A stretch of 64,000 nt of DNA from an uncultured virus (IMG/VR IMGVR_UViG_3300005253_000005) (Duplodnaviria; Heunggongvirae; Uroviricota; Caudoviricetes). The stretch lies in the IMG/VR virus record IMGVR_UViG_3300005253_000005; one strand, written 5' to 3'. The notes beneath the pieces are model-generated. The model had not been told where the DNA came from. It worked only from the letters and a program-made list of their open reading frames with translations, and did not search any database. Each line of letters starts with the position of its first letter. Positions within the stretch are counted from its first letter, which is position 1. Below, piece after piece: positions 1 to 9,892 of this stretch. The translations under genes and the position numbers were made by a program.

Positions 1-1140
1 AGGTTGATTACCAGATAAAGATCGAGAGGCTTTTTCAATTCTAGCAAGGGTACTCGTAGCAGATAACTGACTACCTGATACAGAGCGTTGTAGTAGTACA
101 GTAAGTGCCCCAGTTGAATTAGGCTGATTACCTTCAAGTGATCTAAGGGCTTGTTCTTTTCTTGTCAGTATTCCTGTAGCTGCAAGTTGGATTCCTGTTA
201 GAGCACGAAGAGCTTCTTTAATACGAGCAAGGATGCCTGTAGTATTAGGTTGATTACCTGTTATTACTCTTGACGCTTGTTCTTTGCGAGATAATATTCC
301 AGTAGATGCAGGTTGACTCCCAACTGTAAAGCGGACAATAGTTAACTGAGTAGTAAGTGTACCTGTAGCTGTTGGCTGGTTTCCAGAGACAGAACTAAAT
401 TGTCCATGAGTCCGTATTAATGTTGCAGAAGAAGAAGACTGTTCACCTGAAAGTGAACGAATAGCCTTCTCAGCATGAGTAACAGCTCCAGTAGCAGAAG
501 ATTGCGTTCCAGTTAATATACGACTAGCCTGCTCTTTACGAGCTAAAGTAGCTGTAGATGAAGACTGAGAGCCTGAGAGACTACGTTGTTGATTTTTAGT
601 AAGAATACCTGTAGCAGAAAACTGGCTACCAACCAATGAGCGTTTCGCTTGTTCTGTACGAGAGAGCGTCCCTGTAGTAGAAGACTGATTACCAATGACA
701 GACCTGAAAGCCTTAAAGATGCCAGTGAGTACACCTACTGCTGATAATTGACTACCAGTAATAGCACGGATAGCTTCTTCTGTACGTGTTACAATTCCTG
801 TAGATGTAAGTTGACTACCAGAAATTACTCGTGCTAGAGCTGAAGAGGTAGCAATGGCCCCCGTAGCGTTAGATTGACTACCTGCTAGAGAACGGAGGGC
901 CTTTTCAGTACGAGCGATAACTCCACTAGAAGAAGGCTGTGATCCAATAAGAGTACGTCCTGCTTGTCCTATACGAGCTATAATGCCAGTAGAGAATGTC
1001 TGAGAACCACTAAGAGCACGGAGAGCTTTCTCTATACGTGTTAATATACCAGTAGCAGCTGGCTGAATACCTGTTACAGTCTTAACCGTTAGCTTAGTTA
1101 GAGTACCAGAGGCAGACGGCTGATTTCCAGCCATCGACCG
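1..1140 (-). repeat. Degenerate coding tandem repeat, ~63-nt (21-aa) period, about 18 units
   Basis: TGACTACC (GSQ codons) recurs at about 748, 811 and 874 (63-nt spacing). Example units: ALRALSGSQTFSTGIIARIGQ, AGRTLIGSQPSSSGVIARTEK, ALRSLAGSQSNATGAIATSSA. A few units are 19 aa. Confidence 0.85.
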
Positions 1141-2868
1141 CTTATTCGCTGCGTTAAGATATGCTGCTTGAGTAGCTTCTATCGCTCCTGAATAGGAAAC
1201 TAATAATCGAAATGCTGAGCATCTGATAGTATCGTCCAGGTTGATTCGGTCAATACCAAGCATGACAGCATCGAGCATGGGAACATTCCAGCCCATAGTG
1301 CCCATTGCCCAACCCCACTTGTAAATATCTTGGTCATAGGGCGTCCGTCCATTCGCGCTGGAACCATATTGACCGTCAGTGCCGGAACCTGTACCGCGAA
1401 CAAACACAGCACACGCATTCTGAGCCGCTGATCCTCCCTTAGACCAAGCCATATACATGACAGACCGAACAGGATCGATCAATCCCGCTTGCTCTGGCGC
1501 ACCAACAAATGTACTCTTGTTGATTAGCAGATCTCCAGATTCATTTGCTAGATACGATGAGTCGTCATCTGGAATATCGGGATCGTCCCAGTTCTTATAA
1601 AAATCACCTCCTGATTGGGAAGGTGTAGGAACCCAAAAGGCTTCAGTCTGATCCCCTGTCGGGAAGAGCTCTCGCATGAATATCCTGGTAGGGACTGTCT
1701 CAACACTGTTTCCAACGATGACATCATCAACATAACGTATTGGAGTTCCTTGAGTAATAAGTTGCAAGTTGTCAAATGCGAAAGTCGCTTGGTCATCTGT
1801 CCACGATAGTTTTTGTACTCCATCGACCAGTACTTCGACTGTATCACTAAAGCGCCAGATGAGAACTATGAAATGATACCGGCCGGTCTCTGGAGTCCAA
1901 GAGGTGTTTGCCCGCTTCACACCCCCACGCCACAGCTCCAGATCCCCAGAAGGGCCGTCGTATCTGACCTCGAACTTAGTAGTAACGTCAGCTCGACCTA
2001 CAAACCGGTCGTCCTCTCCAACACCGTCAGGGAGGCTATCCCAATACCAGTTGACACCCACCCAGAAATCGCCGGCCCCTGTGAGGCCTCCGAAGTCTGG
2101 GGACGTAAACTCCTGCGTCCCCGTAAGCTTGCCGGCGTGCATGCCGCTGTGCACGGGGGTCGTAACAATCGTGCCGGTAGCGGTCGCCCACTCAGCAGCC
2201 ATTCCCGTTTCAAAGCCGCTCTGCCAATGAGCATCATTTATTCCTGCACTGAGCAGATACGCAATTTGTATATCGGTTAATACCGAACCCCGACCCATAA
2301 GGAATGCAGGCTGAGTATCTGAGACAGGAACAGCTGAGACAGTATAGTCGATGTCCAGTAGAGCAGCATTAGAAGGGCTAGTATCGTAAGCCTCTGCCTG
2401 GAATGAAGCAGCACCAGCACTTTTTGGTTTTGCAATAAGGACAAATGCCGTTGGGTTATGAGCATCAACGACCTCCTGAAGAACTGTTTTCAGTTCTGGA
2501 CTGTTCTGTCGTCCAGTACCAAGATCGTCAGCATCCCAAGACACGCTTGCAGTTGTGCGTGGTCTGTCTGTAATATCATTAGTAGTAGTTGTAAATACTG
2601 CAGGGCCTGCGGCCTTCTCAAAGAAGACATCGATCTGGGGAGAGTCAGCCTTTGTGCTGGCTAGATATGGTTTCCAGATGCAGGCATCAATCACGTCATT
2701 CTGAATGATGTCAGAATCTACAAATCGGAAACCGCCCCACCATCGAAGAGAATCAACAGCCGCGTTGTCCATAACGACTTGGTTACGGATAAGATCCATC
2801 GCGCCAGAGCTGTCAAGCTCGTCGGCGTCATCTATGGAAGCTCCGACTTGGAGATTTAGGGTAGGCAT
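1..2868 (-). CDS. Large virion accessory/fibre-like protein (>=956 aa, 3' end beyond the window): beta-rich N-terminal region, a LamG/concanavalin-like segment, then ~21-aa repeats
   Basis: Absent from the ORF track because it has no stop in the window. ATG at 2868 (MPTLNLQVGASIDDADE...); by manual translation the frame stays open to base 1. Contains TGRYHFIVLIW...VEVLVDGVQKL...YVDDVIV (LamG-like) and repeats of the form R-x-L-x-G-x-Q-x-x-x-TG-x-L-x-R. Confidence 0.8.
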   Translation of the reverse strand, partial: MPTLNLQVGASIDDADELDSSGAMDLIRNQVVMDNAAVDSLRWWGGFRFVDSDIIQNDVIDACIWKPYLASTKADSPQIDVFFEKAAGPAVFTTTTNDITDRPRTTASVSWDADDLGTGRQNSPELKTVLQEVVDAHNPTAFVLIAKPKSAGAASFQAEAYDTSPSNAALLDIDYTVSAVPVSDTQPAFLMGRGSVLTDIQIAYLLSAGINDAHWQSGFETGMAAEWATATGTIVTTPVHSGMHAGKLTGTQEFTSPDFGGLTGAGDFWVGVNWYWDSLPDGVGEDDRFVGRADVTTKFEVRYDGPSGDLELWRGGVKRANTSWTPETGRYHFIVLIWRFSDTVEVLVDGVQKLSWTDDQATFAFDNLQLITQGTPIRYVDDVIVGNSVETVPTRIFMRELFPTGDQTEAFWVPTPSQSGGDFYKNWDDPDIPDDDSSYLANESGDLLINKSTFVGAPEQAGLIDPVRSVMYMAWSKGGSAAQNACAVFVRGTGSGTDGQYGSSANGRTPYDQDIYKWGWAMGTMGWNVPMLDAVMLGIDRINLDDTIRCSAFRLLVSYSGAIEATQAAYLNAANKRSMAGNQPSASGTLTKLTVKTVTGIQPAATGILTRIEKALRALSGSQTFSTGIIARIGQAGRTLIGSQPSSSGVIARTEKALRSLAGSQSNATGAIATSSALARVISGSQLTSTGIVTRTEEAIRAITGSQLSAVGVLTGIFKAFRSVIGNQSSTTGTLSRTEQAKRSLVGSQFSATGILTKNQQRSLSGSQSSSTATLARKEQASRILTGTQSSATGAVTHAEKAIRSLSGEQSSSSATLIRTHGQFSSVSGNQPTATGTLTTQLTIVRFTVGSQPASTGILSRKEQASRVITGNQPNTTGILARIKEALRALTGIQLAATGILTRKEQALRSLEGNQPNSTGALTVLLQRSVSGSQLSATSTLARIEKASRSLSGNQP

Positions 2869-2876
2869 TAGCTACC

Positions 2877-3275
2877 CTAGCGCCACTCGATTAGGCCATC
2901 TTCGTGATCAGTGATCCCTGGGTCAAATGTCTTAATAAGTGTACGAAGATCTCGATTGGTCACGATACCAAAAGCAGCACCTTTGTCAGTATGTATCTGA
3001 ACAATGAGCGCTTCCGCAGCATCTGCCCATCTAGACCCCGTACAGCGTAGCCAAGTCATATCTCCATCAGGCTTAACGATTGCTATTCCGTAGACTATCG
3101 AGGCTTCACTCGCTACATACAACTCAAAATCTGTCGCATCCCGAACTAGTATCTCACGAGAAGGAACGGCTGGGCCACGGGAACACAGCCATCGAGGATC
3201 AATCGTCCCGATACACATCTGATAAGCAGCATCAATCGTGGCGATGTCTCCCGAACTGACTATCTGGACATTCAC
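2877..3275 (-). CDS. Hypothetical protein, possibly degenerate GNAT-like fold
   Basis: ORF coupled to its neighbours. The pattern LYVA...IVYGIAIV...MTWLRC...AAEALI is only loosely GNAT-like. Confidence 0.55.
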   Translation of the reverse strand: MNVQIVSSGDIATIDAAYQMCIGTIDPRWLCSRGPAVPSREILVRDATDFELYVASEASIVYGIAIVKPDGDMTWLRCTGSRWADAAEALIVQIHTDKGAAFGIVTNRDLRTLIKTFDPGITDHEDGLIEWR

Positions 3276-3835
3276 AGATCAAATTCCGTGTTGGCTAGAC
3301 CTCCGATACTAATATCGCTATCGAAGATGTCTTGATTTGTTTGGCGTCTCACAACCTCTCTGTTATATCTTCCCTTAATCGTAGCTTTGATCTCTGCTAC
3401 ATCTAGAGTAGACACTGTTTCTGTTTTCCAGCTTGAGCCATCAGGGAGATACGGCTGACCAAGAAATCGGTCACGAAGGCTGTCAATAAGAACGCTCCAG
3501 CGTTGATCTACTGTAGCTTTCTTAGGACTCGCATCGGGAACCGCTGTCACTATTGCTTGAAGGATACCAAGAGTAGGAAGCTCTGCAAGAGCCTTCTGAC
3601 GAGCCGACGCCTGATCATAACTTGGAGCTCTTGAGTCGTCAGAGAGTAGAGGCCAATCGTCAACTGGATCAGTAACGACCTTCTGTCCAGTTGCAGCCTC
3701 TCTGCTGAATAAGAACCAGTCATCAATAAATGGAAGGGTGCCTGCAACAGCATCCACAACAGAGTGCCAGATAGCAGCCCGAATAGCGATATGTGGCCCA
3801 CGTAAGATAGGGCCAATTAAGACCTTTACATGCAT
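3272..3835 (-). CDS. Hypothetical protein
   Basis: 187-aa ORF with a 4-nt overlap with the next gene. Confidence 0.7.
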   Translation of the reverse strand: MHVKVLIGPILRGPHIAIRAAIWHSVVDAVAGTLPFIDDWFLFSREAATGQKVVTDPVDDWPLLSDDSRAPSYDQASARQKALAELPTLGILQAIVTAVPDASPKKATVDQRWSVLIDSLRDRFLGQPYLPDGSSWKTETVSTLDVAEIKATIKGRYNREVVRRQTNQDIFDSDISIGGLANTEFDL

Positions 3836-3838
3836 CTC

Positions 3839-4372
3839 TTACACCTGCTTTCGGGCTACAACCTGCCCCAGATCTTTCTTTGTAGTAATTGCCTGCTGCT
3901 CACCAATCATACATGGCAGCCATCCAGTCCGGCGTATATGTTCGAGGACTCCTCCTGCTCTAACCTGACGGACTTGAATATGCAATCCGCGTTTATCTGT
4001 CTCCGGCCAGCAGATCGCAAGTGCCTCACAGCCCTGGCTGTTCTGACGAAAGCTATGAACAAAGGTCTCAAAGTAACCATACGCTCCACGATTAGCAGGT
4101 GCTATTGCAACCAATCCCCAAGGAGGAATCCAGAGAGATAACTGCACAAGCTCCTCGTGGTCTTCAGATATCCGTGCCTGGAGTCTTCTCCAGTCGCTCA
4201 TTGGTCGAGATTCGTCAGCCGGAAGAGCAACCGCTCCTGAGTTGCCCATCCAAGATGGTTTTCCTATAACGGTGGTGCCATCTGATAACTTCGCGATCCA
4301 GCGAGGACTCTCAGATGCATTTCCAGGAGCTTCGACGATCTTTCCTTTAACAATCGTATACGGATCAGACAT
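3839..4372 (-). CDS. Hypothetical protein
   Basis: 177-aa ORF; TAATG coupling with the upstream gene. Confidence 0.7.
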   Translation of the reverse strand: MSDPYTIVKGKIVEAPGNASESPRWIAKLSDGTTVIGKPSWMGNSGAVALPADESRPMSDWRRLQARISEDHEELVQLSLWIPPWGLVAIAPANRGAYGYFETFVHSFRQNSQGCEALAICWPETDKRGLHIQVRQVRAGGVLEHIRRTGWLPCMIGEQQAITTKKDLGQVVARKQV

Positions 4373-4995
4373 TAGAAGGTCTCCGTCCGCATCTTGAAGT
4401 CGTGGCTTGTCTTACCGCCAGCCGTTTCTCCACGAGACGAGAGGGCTAGATACCAATAGTGATCAGTGGCCGCGGCCACTGATTCTGCAATATCCAGTCG
4501 CTCACCAGCGTTATCTCCGCCCACACTTACGGAATCATCGTTGATCTGTTCCCAAGCTGTCTTAGCCTCGCCCTGTTCAAAAACGTATGTCTCAATTCCA
4601 ACAGCAGGTGTTGTGTCAGTAATTCCATCAAAGTTGAAGAAGAAGCTGTTTTGCGTGGAGACTGACGATACACTATTAAGATGGAGCCGAAGAGTACACT
4701 CACCTGCAATCAGGTTAGTGTCATTTAGTACCTCTGACGTTCCTCCGTTAAGTATAAAGTTTGTCGAGTTCACAAACCTAACGTTGTTCATATGACCACT
4801 GGCAGGCCCACCACCACAAGCATCTGAGCCAGGATCGCCGGTTCCTATATGTGTACCATCTTGCCAGTCAGCCGTATCAATAGTTGTAGTAAGGTCAGTA
4901 AGCGATCCAGAGAAGACAAGGGTATTAGCAGCAATATCGACCCACGTAGGAGACCCTACTGTGTTCTGGTTACGTTCGAACGTTATAGTTGCCAC
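4372..4995 (-). CDS. Putative virion structural protein (T/G/D/S-rich, beta-rich)
   Basis: 207-aa ORF; composition typical of phage structural proteins; lies downstream of portal. Confidence 0.6.
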   Translation of the reverse strand: MATITFERNQNTVGSPTWVDIAANTLVFSGSLTDLTTTIDTADWQDGTHIGTGDPGSDACGGGPASGHMNNVRFVNSTNFILNGGTSEVLNDTNLIAGECTLRLHLNSVSSVSTQNSFFFNFDGITDTTPAVGIETYVFEQGEAKTAWEQINDDSVSVGGDNAGERLDIAESVAAATDHYWYLALSSRGETAGGKTSHDFKMRTETF

Positions 4996-5029
4996 AGTTT
5001 ATTTGTGATCCCCTGTTTTATCTCTTTAT

Positions 5030-5812
5030 TTATGCCTCTGGATTCTTGGTTAGCTCATAAGTAAATTCTACGGTATCACTAGCAACCACAGAGACGTTTG
5101 GGGTAATGAGAGATCTGTCCATCATTGTACCAAGAGGAGTAGTTGTTCCAGCTTGACTAAAGATACCATGTTCTTGCCAAGTCTCAGTCGCATCAGCAGT
5201 AACTGTAGCTACAGTTCTATAAATAGGATCAACGTCTACTTGTGTTCCTGATACACCAGTGATACCAGCATCAGTTGTAAGTGCTGTATGGTTATTGTCT
5301 TCAGCTGCAGCACTTGTACCAACGCGGTGAAACTGAAAGTCAGCATATTCTGAATCTGTAAGTACCAGCGTAGCGATCTCAAACGTGACAAATGCATCTG
5401 TGACCTTACGACGAGAAACAAGACCAATATTTTCCCACCACCCAGGAACAGTCTGAAGGACACCATTCATCTTTACCTGATGAAACTCTAGCTTATTAGT
5501 GAACGGATCAAGCTGTCCGTAATGAAAATGGCGAACATAAAGTTCAGCATAGACGCTGACATGGAGATCATGGCCTAATACAAGATTATAGTAGGCTTGT
5601 GGAATGCCTGCATGAATATGATCACGTAACCATGCTAGAGCGTTACGACGCCAAGTGCTGAGCTTTTTATTATGATGAAGATGCCGTTTTCGACTCTTCT
5701 GATAATGACCTTCCAGACCACTATCAATAAGTCCCTTTGGAACAATAGTAGGACTCGTTTCAGGAAATATAACCCCTGGAGCTGCCAATCGTTCTTCTAA
5801 TTTAATGTCCAT
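5030..5812 (-). CDS. Putative virion structural protein; C-terminal half resembles fibre-anchor/collar-type domains
   Basis: Strong RBS (AGGAGGT). C-terminal pattern HRVGT...TAL...YRTVAT...EHGIF...GTMMDRSL...VEFTYEL. Confidence 0.55.
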   Translation of the reverse strand: MDIKLEERLAAPGVIFPETSPTIVPKGLIDSGLEGHYQKSRKRHLHHNKKLSTWRRNALAWLRDHIHAGIPQAYYNLVLGHDLHVSVYAELYVRHFHYGQLDPFTNKLEFHQVKMNGVLQTVPGWWENIGLVSRRKVTDAFVTFEIATLVLTDSEYADFQFHRVGTSAAAEDNNHTALTTDAGITGVSGTQVDVDPIYRTVATVTADATETWQEHGIFSQAGTTTPLGTMMDRSLITPNVSVVASDTVEFTYELTKNPEA

Positions 5813-5830
5813 AACAATATACCTCCTTAA

Positions 5831-6058
5831 CTACTTCTTCATACATTTAGGACAAGGCACAAAGCCTTGATCAATGAGATTATCAAAACCATTGTTGCAG
5901 CGTTCTGCTCCAGGATCACAACCATCAACTATATGCATTAAGAACGGCCCTCCACGATGCGAGATCAGGAACTTACCACGCATCTTGCTACCCTTTCTGT
6001 GCTCTGTAGTAGTTTCTGAACTAGAGCTACCACCAAGACCACGACTTTGTTTAGTCAT
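5831..6058 (-). CDS. Small Cys/His protein
   Basis: 75 aa; H...C...C and CPKC; RBS GGAGG upstream. Confidence 0.6.
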   Translation of the reverse strand: MTKQSRGLGGSSSSETTTEHRKGSKMRGKFLISHRGGPFLMHIVDGCDPGAERCNNGFDNLIDQGFVPCPKCMKK

Positions 6059-6059
6059 C

Positions 6060-6305
6060 TTAGCCTCCTATCTCTGCTACTACATCTGATTCGTTCACAA
6101 GTCTAACTATTATCCCTCCTTCGTTAATGTTTAGACCAGCTTTAGTTGGTATCAGTACTAATTGACCTTTAGGAAAGTTACCATTTCCATTAACAATTTC
6201 CGCCACCGATAATTCAGGTAGAGTTACAGTTTCAGGTAGATGAATAAGAGAATGTTTCTGTGAATAGACTTCTACTAGAACTTTGCCTCGTGCAGGAATT
6301 ATCAT
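6060..6305 (-). CDS. groES: GroES/Cpn10-like co-chaperonin
   Basis: IIPARGKVLVE...LIHLP...GQLVLI...AG...RLVNESDVVAEI follows the GroES pattern; 81 aa. Confidence 0.7.
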   Translation of the reverse strand: MIIPARGKVLVEVYSQKHSLIHLPETVTLPELSVAEIVNGNGNFPKGQLVLIPTKAGLNINEGGIIVRLVNESDVVAEIGG

Positions 6306-6318
6306 GCGTCAGAAAACC

Positions 6319-6726
6319 TTACAGCTTACTTTCGGTACAGAAGGATAAACGATTCAGGATTACAGATCTTCGAAGACCTGCAGGTTCAACTACAACGAAC
6401 AACCAGTGCTGTTTCTCTTCGATCAATTCTCCGCCATCTGGATAAGGATTGTGTATCATCTTACCGTCCTTGCCGACAACGACATGCTCTAATCCCGCAT
6501 CACCACCTGTAAGGTGAATACCAGGAGGAGTCCAGCCGCCAGTAGGGATGCAGACCATCTCAACCCCGTAGGTTTCTCTCAGCCATTTGTTCATTGCCTC
6601 ATACCAATCGTCACGCTCTGCCAAATCCGGCACATCGGCTAGCGGCACCTCCAACGCAGAGGCAAGACTAGCCTGAAGACAGTTGCCCTTGACAGCATCA
6701 AAGACGGTTTGAAATACAGGCTTCAT
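6319..6726 (-). CDS. Conserved phage protein with a putative papain-like Cys/His/Asn triad
   Basis: Q...GNCLQASLASALE...HVVVG...IHNPYP. Confidence 0.55.
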   Translation of the reverse strand: MKPVFQTVFDAVKGNCLQASLASALEVPLADVPDLAERDDWYEAMNKWLRETYGVEMVCIPTGGWTPPGIHLTGGDAGLEHVVVGKDGKMIHNPYPDGGELIEEKQHWLFVVVEPAGLRRSVILNRLSFCTESKL

Positions 6727-6728
6727 TA

Positions 6729-8159
6729 TTACTTATCACCTTCGTCATCTGCCATCTTTCTGGCCAAGCGTTTTAACCCTTTCCGACCTGAATCATTGTC
6801 ATTATCTATCCCGCCAGGGAACTGACCGTTCTCTCCTCCGCCATTGCTGTCGTTCCCAGGGTTCAGCTCCTCTTTTTCTTCCACGGTCAGCTCCTGGCGT
6901 TCTGAAACAGACGCGCCTTTTGGTAGACGTGCTACGTCTCTGAGATAATCACGTAGAACAGGATCAGGTTGTAAGTAACCTGTGTCAGTTAGAGTCTTAA
7001 TGTATTTTGCTAAGGCTTCAAGCTCTGGATCGCCCACTGTAGTATGGGTTAGCTTCGGGTACTTGCCATCTGTAATACCGTTTAGTTCAAAGAGAAGCGG
7101 GATAACCTTTTTGTTAAACATCTCTTCAATAATGGAGACATATCCTTCAAGAGCGACTTCGAAGAAGGAGCGGGACTGTTGAGCCAAGGCAAAAGAACCA
7201 ACTCTAGCTGTACCAAATTCAAGAAAAGCTGCCAGGACTGATATAAGCATGTTAGAGCGATGACGCTTAATGGCGAGATCAAATAACTCAGGGTCAACTC
7301 GCGTCCCTGCAGTAGCTAACTCAAACGTCCATCCGTCAAAGAGAACGATTCCGCCCTGTTCATCTACCCTCACCTGCTTTACTATATTTATAGCTGCTTG
7401 CTCGTCAGATAGAACACCTTTATCTTTTACAGTTGTCGCGCCCTTTGGTAGTGTAATAAGAGGAATACCAGCACCTGTACGCTCTAGAGATATGCCCTCA
7501 ATGGCTTCCAAATTATTCATAAAGTACCAGGGTCTGTACGCTTGTCGAAAAATCGACTCGCCTTCAGGGTTGTCCTTTTCAGTCCGCAGCCTGAAGTTGA
7601 CTACTTTATCTATAGGAATAGTAATTTCTGTGTATGTGGGAGGTGCTCTCTGTGTGATAGCTATAATGACAGGCGAGTTCTGCTCTGTTTCCCACCGTTC
7701 TATAGTATCTTGTGGTATTAAGTCTAAGTTTTCTAGGCCGACTTTACCATCGGTAAATTCTGAAGGCTGTTTGCCTGTTTTGCCACTACGATGCTTAAAA
7801 GTCATCTCAAACGGAGCATGACCGAACGGGAGAACTGTTGTAGCATTAGCCATAAAAACAGCCCAAGGGTCTTTCATGTCTTTGCGGACAGATGTTAGGA
7901 AAGCAGCTCTTTCCATACCTTCTTCATCCATCTCATATGGTATGTCTATCCATGTGACAGACCTAAAGGCCATTTCGATAGCGCGAATAAAGCCACCCGC
8001 AATAGGGTTGCCTTTCCGCATTTCATTGTAAACTGCAATTCCTGGTTTACCACGCAGTTCAGGAAGGTAATCCTCCATGACCTGACCACCCCAGATATTT
8101 AATCCACTGGTGGACATCTTTGGAGTCAAAGAAGATTGTCGTTTCTGATTAGTTGCCAT
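6729..8159 (-). CDS. Portal protein (DUF935/Mu gp29-like)
   Basis: 476 aa directly after TerL. Motifs NPEGESIFRQAYRPW...ERTGAGIP and GSFALAQ; acidic C-terminal tail. Confidence 0.85.
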   Translation of the reverse strand: MATNQKRQSSLTPKMSTSGLNIWGGQVMEDYLPELRGKPGIAVYNEMRKGNPIAGGFIRAIEMAFRSVTWIDIPYEMDEEGMERAAFLTSVRKDMKDPWAVFMANATTVLPFGHAPFEMTFKHRSGKTGKQPSEFTDGKVGLENLDLIPQDTIERWETEQNSPVIIAITQRAPPTYTEITIPIDKVVNFRLRTEKDNPEGESIFRQAYRPWYFMNNLEAIEGISLERTGAGIPLITLPKGATTVKDKGVLSDEQAAINIVKQVRVDEQGGIVLFDGWTFELATAGTRVDPELFDLAIKRHRSNMLISVLAAFLEFGTARVGSFALAQQSRSFFEVALEGYVSIIEEMFNKKVIPLLFELNGITDGKYPKLTHTTVGDPELEALAKYIKTLTDTGYLQPDPVLRDYLRDVARLPKGASVSERQELTVEEKEELNPGNDSNGGGENGQFPGGIDNDNDSGRKGLKRLARKMADDEGDK

Positions 8160-8177
8160 TGTTATTTATCATTCCTT

Positions 8178-9890
8178 TTATCCTACGTGTCTCCATCCTC
8201 TGTTTTTACCTATACCTGTCCATGAAGAAGAACTTTGCTGACCTGCAAAAACAACGGCTTCCTTATCTATAGGCGTAGGTGGTGGACTGGCCGTATTCTC
8301 ACCTGCTGCAAGTACAGCATAGCTAAGAGCAAAAGCATAGTGATCTGGAGCAGTACCAACATACCTAGGTATTAGCTTGTTCAGACGCGGGTCTTTAACG
8401 AGTTCTCGAACTAAGGCACGAAGATGCGACAGAAAGCTAGGAATATTTCTAATATCAGTTGGGAAGACTATACGTTCTTCACGACAAGCGGTATACATCA
8501 TATCAAGAAGAGAAGTACGGTTGAGTTTAACCTCGTTTGTGTCTTCAGTATATCTTACATCATTAGTATTCTCTACGTGGTTCCAACGATATACGCGACC
8601 AATATACTTCTCAGCCCATTCAGTCGTTGCTCTAGGATCACCGCGAGCATCAATGATACAAGTTTTGATATTGTTTCTGCTAAACCAATGATCTAATTCT
8701 TCAAATGTATCAAACTCTTCAAGTTGCCTAACTTCCCACCTGTCACCATTTCTTTCAATGACAGCAGCATGGAGTTTAAGTCCAACATCGACTCCACCGA
8801 ATCCCTGATCAGCAGTATGCAGCGTAATATCAGGATCATACTTCAGTTCGGAGCTGTCAATTCTGCCGCCCTTTGGTGCGTATGCTAGTCCAAGACCTGA
8901 ATTGTAGAAGCGCTGAAGAATTGGTATATCTGAGACTCTGAGTGAGTCTTCAGCCATACTAATTAAGTTAGCAAGCGGAGACAAGAGACGCGATAAGTGA
9001 TATCCGTGAACTCGCCTGCCTGGGTGAGCTGCTACCCATTCACCTGAGCCAAGACGATCAATAGGCAAGCGGCATTTTTCATTACTGCATAGAACTTTTA
9101 CATCAGTAACAGCTTGAACAGCATTATCATAATGAAATACAATGCTTTTATCCCAATCTATAGGTTGCCATCTGTTACAGTGTAAACATTTAATATGCCA
9201 TTGTCTCTTATCTGATTCGTTATATAATAGATCAATGCCCTGGCCAGGATATGTTGGCTTTGATACGGCTCTGAATAAAGGCTGCTTAGAAGAACCTAGA
9301 CGCTCTCTAGTCCACTCTACAGTTTCCTCACTGAACCAGTCAACCTCATCGTCGATAACAATATCAGCGTCTACAGAAATAGCTTGCTTAAGAGAATCAG
9401 AACCTCTCATATGTAAAGAGCTACCACCAAGTCTTTTCAGTCTAGACCTGTTAGCCTGGTTTCTTGACATTGCAGTTTTAAACCGACGACTTAGATACGG
9501 AGACTCTTCTATGGCTTTATCCATACGCGACTGAGAAAAGTCATCCATAAGAAGCTGTGTTGGCATCATATAAAGAACATTACCTCGGTCTGCGTATTTA
9601 GAGTCAATAGCCCATAGAGAAAGATTGACTAAGAATTCAGATACAAAAACCTGTGTGCCTTTCAAAATAACTACATCAGGTGACAAATCTTCATAGATAC
9701 CAATTTGTGAGAGTGGTAAGTTAACTTCGTGACCGTTAATAAGACGATTCTTTTGAGTCCACTCTACAAGATCAACAGTGTCAGACTTACCCAGGCCCTG
9801 TATAAGACTTTCGTGCAAACCTCTAGTGAGATAGCTGGCACCTTTACTGCCAACTATCTCTAGAGCTTCTATCTTCTTCCTGTCAGGCAT
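8178..9890 (-). CDS. terL: Terminase large subunit, GpA (lambda-type) family
   Basis: VVILKGTQVFVSE (GpA-type Walker A), VIDDEVD (Walker B), SKPT, Zn-finger CLHC...C..EKC, nuclease GGVDVG and PDHYAFA. Confidence 0.9.
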   Translation of the reverse strand: MPDRKKIEALEIVGSKGASYLTRGLHESLIQGLGKSDTVDLVEWTQKNRLINGHEVNLPLSQIGIYEDLSPDVVILKGTQVFVSEFLVNLSLWAIDSKYADRGNVLYMMPTQLLMDDFSQSRMDKAIEESPYLSRRFKTAMSRNQANRSRLKRLGGSSLHMRGSDSLKQAISVDADIVIDDEVDWFSEETVEWTRERLGSSKQPLFRAVSKPTYPGQGIDLLYNESDKRQWHIKCLHCNRWQPIDWDKSIVFHYDNAVQAVTDVKVLCSNEKCRLPIDRLGSGEWVAAHPGRRVHGYHLSRLLSPLANLISMAEDSLRVSDIPILQRFYNSGLGLAYAPKGGRIDSSELKYDPDITLHTADQGFGGVDVGLKLHAAVIERNGDRWEVRQLEEFDTFEELDHWFSRNNIKTCIIDARGDPRATTEWAEKYIGRVYRWNHVENTNDVRYTEDTNEVKLNRTSLLDMMYTACREERIVFPTDIRNIPSFLSHLRALVRELVKDPRLNKLIPRYVGTAPDHYAFALSYAVLAAGENTASPPPTPIDKEAVVFAGQQSSSSWTGIGKNRGWRHVG

Positions 9891-9892
9891 TT

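Noticed and set aside
1..1140. Possible DGR template/variable repeats
   Set aside because: The repeats are protein-level and diverge at all bases; no reverse transcriptase in the window.
1548..2914. Short plus-strand and alternate-frame ORFs here and opposite other large genes
   Set aside because: They are shadows of the long minus-strand genes, without RBSs or recognisable motifs.
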